DNA of 64,000 nt from an uncultured Actinomycetes bacterium. GTDB lineage: Bacteria; Actinomycetota; UBA4738; JBBDTT01. Under the pieces are notes generated by a model that worked only from the letters and a program-made list of their open reading frames with translations, was not told the DNA's origin and did not search any database. A program made the position numbers and the translations under genes. Numbering within the stretch: the first letter of the stretch is position 1; every line of letters starts with the position of its first letter. The DNA lies in NCBI GenBank assembly GCA_963742735.1, contig CAVUMN010000003.1:416001-480000 (forward strand). Reading direction: 5' to 3'. This document shows positions 59,358 through 64,000 of this stretch, piece after piece.

Positions 59358-59381
59358 GCATTGATGTGTGGAGCTTTGGTG

Positions 59382-59657
59382 TTAGGCCTTGCTCGCCCGG
59401 GTCGCCCGGGTCGCGCGCGTCGCGCGAGTCGCCCGCGTGGCGCGGGTCGCACGCGTCGCCCGCACCGCCTTGGTGGCGCGCACCGCCTTCGTGGCACGCA
59501 CGGCCTTGGTGGCCCGCACCGCCTTCGTCGCCCGCACGGCCTTGGTGGCCCGCACCGCCTTGTTCGCCCGAACCGCCTTGGCCTGGGAGGCCTTGTGGGT
59601 CGTGCTGCCGGTCGTGGCCTTGGCCCCCGGCGCCTTCGGCTGGATCTTCTTCTCCAT
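59382..59657 (-). CDS. 91-aa basic tripeptide-repeat peptide (26-aa leader-like N-terminus + KAVRAN-(KAVRAT)6-(RAT)6-RASKA); candidate precursor peptide
   Basis: GGAGGAGG SD, ATG start, TAA stop, downstream hairpin; repeats vary at synonymous codon positions while the peptide is conserved. Confidence 0.8.
   Translation of the reverse strand: MEKKIQPKAPGAKATTGSTTHKASQAKAVRANKAVRATKAVRATKAVRATKAVRATKAVRATKAVRATRATRATRATRATRATRATRASKA
59385..59579 (-). repeat. Degenerate 9/18-bp coding tandem repeat
   Basis: Units such as gcccgcaccgccttggtg and gtcgcccgg on the + strand. Confidence 0.9.
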
Positions 59658-59726
59658 CGTCTGTCACCTCCTCCGTGATGTGGATTCTCTCTACGCGAAT
59701 GCTCCGCCCGACGCCAAGGTTCGCGC

Positions 59727-59766
59727 TGTGTCGCGCGTCACCGTTCGGAGTGTGTTGCTCGTCACC
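59727..59766. promoter_or_regulatory. Two tandem CRP-like boxes upstream of the repeat peptide
   Basis: TGTGT-CGCGCG-TCACC (59727-42) and TGTGT-TGCTCG-TCACC (59751-66), each 8/10 to TGTGA-N6-TCACA with identical deviations. Confidence 0.72.
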
Positions 59767-59778
59767 TTCGCCGGAGGG

Positions 59779-59988
59779 TCAGTCGAGCTCGGGGAGGTCC
59801 AGCGGGTCCGGGCGCGGCGAGCAGGCGCCGCAGAACAAGGCGTCCTCGACGACGAGCGCCTTGCGGACGTTGCCGCTGCGGAACAGCTCCAGGATGTAGG
59901 GATGCTCCTGGGCATGGTCCTCGCACACGCCCCGGCCGCAGAATCGGCAGGAGCCCACGGCGGTCCTTCGACAGTGCCAGCAGTCCAC
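59779..59988 (-). CDS. Small Cys/His-rich zinc-finger protein (B-box/DUF2180-like)
   Basis: CWHC...CRFCGRGVCEDH...FCGAC; GAGGAG SD. Confidence 0.75.
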   Translation of the reverse strand: MDCWHCRRTAVGSCRFCGRGVCEDHAQEHPYILELFRSGNVRKALVVEDALFCGACSPRPDPLDLPELD

Positions 59989-60001
59989 GCGCTCTCCTCG
60001 C

Positions 60002-62158
60002 TCAGTGTTCCCAGGATCGGTTGGGTGAACTATGCGGGTTCAGGGTCCCCCGGCGAAATGCCCGCGCGACCAGCTTCCGAAACGCCCGCCGCTCGAGCCT
60101 GAAGGCGCGAACGGGGGTCTTGGCTCTGATGGTGGCGGTGCGGGGGACGTCGAGCAGCAGCGCCACCTCGCCGAAGTAGTCGCCCGGGCCCAGGGTGGCG
60201 ACCACCTTACGGTTCTGCACCACCTCGAGCCGGCCCGAGGCGATCGCGTAGAACGCGTCGCCGACCGCGCCCTGGCGCATCACCACCGTCCCCGGCGGGA
60301 AGCTCTCCCAGGAACCCTCCTGCCGGAGCGACGCGAGCTGGTCGGGCTCCAGGTGGGCGAACGCCGGGAGCCCCCGGAGCTCCGCCGCCTCCTGCAGTGT
60401 GGGCGCGAACTCCGGGATGTTGATCATGTCGGCGAGCAGGCGCTCGAAGGAGCTCTTGTCCACCTCGAAGACCTCGGACTCCTCCACCGCCACGACCGAG
60501 GCCGTTCGCGGCGCCGACGCCAGGAGCCCGAGCTCGCCGAACGAGTCGCCACGGCTCTGCAGCCGGATCGTTCGCCGTTCGCCGGTCTCGGGATCCTCCT
60601 CGACGATGGCGAACGTTCCCTTGCGCACCACGTAGAAGGCCTCGGCCCGCTCGCCCTGACGGATCACGGGGCGCCCCCGGGGCACGCGGCGAAGCCCGAC
60701 GCGGCCGGCGACGTCGTTCAGGACGTCCACCGGGACGTCGTCGAAGACCGGAAGCGCGTCGATCAGCTGCGCGGCCTCGACCCTCCAGTCGCGCTCGACC
60801 CGGAACCGGAGCCGCTTGAGCAGCCGCTTGATCCCGCGCACGGCCGCGCGGACCACGGCCACGCCCGCCCGGATGAGGGGGCCGCCGACGAACAGCGCGA
60901 GCGCCAGAAGCACGAGCCGTCCGGTGAGCCCACCCCGCCACAGGCCGCGGACGAGACCGCCGAACACCGACTCCCAGAAGAAGTAGGCCGCGTAGAACGA
61001 CAGGACGGTCACGGCGAACCCGACGATCCCGTAGATGGCGAGACCCCACTCTCGACGGGTGAGGCCCTGGCGCTTCCACAGCCGCCGCGGGAGCTCGTGC
61101 CGGACGAACGCCAGCGACCGGGGTCGCAGGTCGGGGATCTGGATCCCGTCCGCCAGGATCCAGTAGCCGTCCAGCTCCAGCAGGGGAAGGCTGTTGATGA
61201 ACACGTTGAGGTAGGCCAGGACGGTGAACTTGTAGAGGAGCGGGGTGATCGCCGCCTCAGGCATCGCCCAGACCAGGGCGGAGAAGGTCCCCGCGACGAT
61301 CAGCCCGGCGTACGGGCCGGCGGCCGACTGCACGATCCGCTCGCGCTGCTCGAGCATCAGCCCGTCCGACGATTCGATGAAGAACGCCGGCGAGCCGAAG
61401 AAGATGAAGAAGCCGGCCGCTTTCACCCGGCGCCCGTAGTGCACCAGGACCAGGGCGTGGCCGAGCTCGTGGATGAAGATGTGCAGCATCTGCAGCCCGA
61501 GCAGGATCAGCGCTCCCAGGGCGATCGACTCGGCGCCGATCGTGAACTGCCCCGACTGCACGTTGTCCAGGAAGGCCATCAGCCCGACCATTACCACGAG
61601 CAGCGAGACGACCTGGGCGCGGACGGTGAAGAGCTGGCGGAACCCGTGCTCGTAGAGCCACCGGACGAAGCGGTCGGCGGTCTTCCACTCAAGCCGCAGG
61701 GTGGTGACGAACTCTCGCGCCCGCGCGCCCAGCGCCGTTCGAGGATGCAGGGCCTTGTCCAGGGCGCCCTCGGCGTCGAGGTAGGTGGTGTCGAGGAAGC
61801 CGCCGACGTGCAGCTGGTACACGAGATCGGCCACGCCGGAGAGCTCCAGCTCGCCGGACTCCTGGAACCGTTCCACGACGAGCTCACGAACGGTGCGGGT
61901 GCCGTCCATCAGCGGGAGCAGGTCCGCCTCGTTCCAGTCGAGCCGGTAATGCAGGAGCTCGCGAGGGTTGGCGATCATCGCGTAGTTGTCGCCGAGCCGG
62001 ACCTCGAACCGCCGGATCTCGATGTCGTCCATGAGACGCGGGCGAAACTCACCGAGGTCGGTCAGCTCATGGAGCCGGTCCCACACCCCGACGTGGTGAC
62101 GGGAGCGGCGATGGAGACCATCGGAAACGCTCGCCCAGACGTCGAGCGCCTCCGGCAT
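60002..62158 (-). CDS. PqqD/RRE-like domain + M50 intramembrane zinc peptidase + two cyclic-nucleotide-binding domains
   Basis: [15 protein letters not shown] winged helix; [19 protein letters not shown]; FGELGLL..PRTASV and FGEVALL..PRTATI; TGATG overlap with the upstream gene. Confidence 0.85.
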   Translation of the reverse strand: MPEALDVWASVSDGLHRRSRHHVGVWDRLHELTDLGEFRPRLMDDIEIRRFEVRLGDNYAMIANPRELLHYRLDWNEADLLPLMDGTRTVRELVVERFQESGELELSGVADLVYQLHVGGFLDTTYLDAEGALDKALHPRTALGARAREFVTTLRLEWKTADRFVRWLYEHGFRQLFTVRAQVVSLLVVMVGLMAFLDNVQSGQFTIGAESIALGALILLGLQMLHIFIHELGHALVLVHYGRRVKAAGFFIFFGSPAFFIESSDGLMLEQRERIVQSAAGPYAGLIVAGTFSALVWAMPEAAITPLLYKFTVLAYLNVFINSLPLLELDGYWILADGIQIPDLRPRSLAFVRHELPRRLWKRQGLTRREWGLAIYGIVGFAVTVLSFYAAYFFWESVFGGLVRGLWRGGLTGRLVLLALALFVGGPLIRAGVAVVRAAVRGIKRLLKRLRFRVERDWRVEAAQLIDALPVFDDVPVDVLNDVAGRVGLRRVPRGRPVIRQGERAEAFYVVRKGTFAIVEEDPETGERRTIRLQSRGDSFGELGLLASAPRTASVVAVEESEVFEVDKSSFERLLADMINIPEFAPTLQEAAELRGLPAFAHLEPDQLASLRQEGSWESFPPGTVVMRQGAVGDAFYAIASGRLEVVQNRKVVATLGPGDYFGEVALLLDVPRTATIRAKTPVRAFRLERRAFRKLVARAFRRGTLNPHSSPNRSWEH

Positions 62159-63033
62159 CAGCCGGTTCGGCCCCCGGAACGCCCGCGGGCGGAGGCCTTC
62201 TTCGCGGGAGCCTTCTTGGCCGGAGCCTTCTTGGCCGGGGCCTTCTTGGCCGGGGCCTTCTTGGCCGGGGCCTTCTTCGCGGGAGCCTTCTTGGCCGGGG
62301 CCTTCTTGGCGGGGGCCTTCCTGGCGGGAGCCACCTTGGCCGGAGCCACCTTGGCGGGAGCCACCTTGGCGGGCGCGATCACGGCGTCGGGCCCCGGCTT
62401 GACGTCCATCCGGTCTCGCACCGCTCCGTACACCGAGGCGGTCTTCGGCTTGCGCTTTGCGGAGGTGGTCGCGCCGATGACCCCCCCGGCGAACAGCGCC
62501 ACGGCCGCGGCGAGCAGGACGGAGGTCCACGTGATGGACGACCGCTCCGCGGCGGGGGATCCCAGCTCGATCGGCCCGGCCCGCGAGGGGCCCTCGCCGA
62601 GGGCCTGGGCGACCAGCCGTGAACCGGGCGGCGGATCGGTGAGGAAGCGGATCGGGATCGTCAGCCGAAGCTCCTTGCCCTTGCTACGGATCTCGACGTC
62701 GGCGGGCGTGAGGCCGAAGAAGGCCCCGCGCAACTCGTCCTCGTCCAGGAACGACGTGGTGACGGCCCCGCGGATGCCGACCGAGAAGAGCGCCGGCTCG
62801 ATCTCGAGGGTCTCGACGATGACGCCGTTGGTCTTCAGGGACAGCTCGATCCGCTGGATCCTTCGGAAGCCGCGAGCGTGGGTGAGTCGGAGCTGAGCCA
62901 CGACCCGCTCGCCGTTGGCGAGCTCGCCGTCGATCTCGCCGCTGATCTTCAGTGCGTCCGTCTGAGCCTCGGCAGCCCCCGCGGACAGGAGGAGGCCACC
63001 GACGAGGAACGCGGACATCCAGGCACGACGCAC
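62158..63033 (-). CDS. Membrane-anchored protein: signal peptide, beta-rich extracellular domain, TM helix, cytoplasmic (PAKKA)n tail
   Basis: AEA signal cleavage site; [24 protein letters not shown]; TAGACT 7 nt before GTG 63033. Confidence 0.78.
   Translation of the reverse strand: MRRAWMSAFLVGGLLLSAGAAEAQTDALKISGEIDGELANGERVVAQLRLTHARGFRRIQRIELSLKTNGVIVETLEIEPALFSVGIRGAVTTSFLDEDELRGAFFGLTPADVEIRSKGKELRLTIPIRFLTDPPPGSRLVAQALGEGPSRAGPIELGSPAAERSSITWTSVLLAAAVALFAGGVIGATTSAKRKPKTASVYGAVRDRMDVKPGPDAVIAPAKVAPAKVAPAKVAPARKAPAKKAPAKKAPAKKAPAKKAPAKKAPAKKAPAKKAPAKKASARGRSGGRTG
62194..62374 (-). repeat. 15-bp coding repeat encoding (APAKV)3-APARK-(APAKK)8
   Basis: ggccggggccttctt-type units on the + strand. 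Confidence 0.9.
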
Positions 63034-63075
63034 ACCCGGGAGTCTACCGAGGGAGCCGCCGAGGGGTGAAACTCG

Positions 63076-64000
63076 TCAGAGACCGGGGATCAGGGCGATG
63101 CCGCTCACGTCCACCAGCCGAACCGCCCACACGTTGCGTTTCGGAGGGAAGCCGACCGCATCGAACGTCAGCCGATGCGGGCCCGAGCCGAGAGCCTGCA
63201 CGGGCAGGACGAAGGTCTGTGGCAGGCCCCAACGGCCGGCGGCGCTGGGGGCGAGGTGTCCGACCGGGGTCCCGTCGAGCTCGATGAGGACCTCCCCTGC
63301 CGACACATCGAAGCCTCGAGCGGTGATCGTCACCAGGCCCTCCGACGCGGGCAGCCGGTAGCTGACCCGGTCGGCGAACGTCGTCTCGTAGCCGGGGACG
63401 AAGCCGTGCGCGGCCCGATCCGTGACCGGGCGCGGCCCCGGGACCAGGGAGACGCGACGCACTCCCCACTGCGGCCAGGGAGGGTTCGCCGAGCGGGTGG
63501 TGAACGCGATCGTGTTCCGGGCGTGATCGAGGATCCCTGCCGGCAGCGGAAGGGTCCGTCGCGTGGTCCACGTCACGGGCCCGCGGGCGAGCGTCGCCAC
63601 CCGCTTCCAGTTGACCAGGACGGACACCGCACCCTCTTCGATCGCGAAGAGCTCGTAGTCGAGGTCCCACGCGCCGGCGCGGCGCCCGACGTGGAAGACG
63701 ACCTCTCGGGGGTGCGAGGTGTCGCCCGCCGGGAGGTTGCCGTACGCGTCGAACCGCGTGCCGAGCGTGAGTGGCGACGGGACGCTCTGCGCGGGTGTGG
63801 GGGCGACGTCGGCCAGCGCGTTCCAGTCGGCCCGGTCCGAGGTGCCGACGTCGTACATGCTCGCCCCGAGGACGCCGAACTCGCGCGCGGCGTGGACGAA
63901 CCCGCGCATCCCGGCCGGCCCCACGGCGTCGGCGATGCCCCCGATCGGGTGGATCGGCATCGTCCGGCGACCGGTCCGCGCCCGGATGCCCTCGATCGAG
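63076..64000 (-). CDS. C-terminal part of a probable secreted protein (glycoside-hydrolase-like barrel end + beta-sandwich domains); 5' end outside window
   Basis: Frame open to the window edge; PIHPIGG...FV.AA...GASMYD followed by beta-rich domains. Confidence 0.55.
   Translation of the reverse strand, partial: SIEGIRARTGRRTMPIHPIGGIADAVGPAGMRGFVHAAREFGVLGASMYDVGTSDRADWNALADVAPTPAQSVPSPLTLGTRFDAYGNLPAGDTSHPREVVFHVGRRAGAWDLDYELFAIEEGAVSVLVNWKRVATLARGPVTWTTRRTLPLPAGILDHARNTIAFTTRSANPPWPQWGVRRVSLVPGPRPVTDRAAHGFVPGYETTFADRVSYRLPASEGLVTITARGFDVSAGEVLIELDGTPVGHLAPSAAGRWGLPQTFVLPVQALGSGPHRLTFDAVGFPPKRNVWAVRLVDVSGIALIPGL

Noticed and set aside
59385-59579. Possible CRISPR array or non-coding satellite
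   Set aside because: No spacers; unit length is a multiple of 3 with synonymous variation; no cas genes
59389-60102. Plus-strand ORF with VAR/TALVAR repeats
   Set aside because: Antisense shadow of the repeat peptide and Zn-finger genes; SD, terminator and operon direction all favour the minus strand
62194-62374. 15-bp tandem repeat as a mobile or regulatory repeat
   Set aside because: Explained by the coding PAKKA tail

Overview
High-GC actinobacterial-type chromosomal window built on the conserved lysA-hom-thrC-thrB...tal-rho-rpmE-prfA-prmC-tsaC-rpiB-glyA-wecA/tagO-atpIBEFHAGDC-murA backbone. The first ~15 kb (plus single sites near 19.26 kb and 38.93 kb) contain many 1-nt frameshifts in essential genes, most likely long-read consensus errors, so gene boundaries there are reconstructed by hand. 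Three accessory features stand out. (1) At 58.6-63.0 kb (minus strand) is a candidate cyclic-nucleotide-gated peptide system: a membrane protein with a (PAKKA)n tail, a PqqD/RRE-like + M50 intramembrane peptidase + two cNMP-binding domains, a small Zn-finger protein, a 91-aa [K/R]-A-[V/T] tripeptide-repeat peptide with a strong RBS, its own hairpin terminator and two tandem CRP-like boxes upstream, and a Crp regulator with a CRP-type recognition helix. (2) At 9.6-12.8 kb is an archaeal-type cyclic 2,3-diphosphoglycerate operon (metallophosphoesterase-cpgS-pgk2), whose phosphoesterase is a candidate cDPG hydrolase. (3) A lower-GC gene after atpC fuses a truncated tyrosine recombinase to a DUF4145/HEPN-like domain. 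The window also holds a perfect Rex operator before the atp operon, a CsoR-CopB copper module with its operator, a Nur-like regulator beside a NiCoT permease, meaB with an isobutyryl-CoA-mutase-type subunit, a PGM1-like ATP-grasp ligase paired with a class II amidotransferase, and many leaderless TANNNT promoters. All family assignments come from motif recognition by eye; no searches were run.
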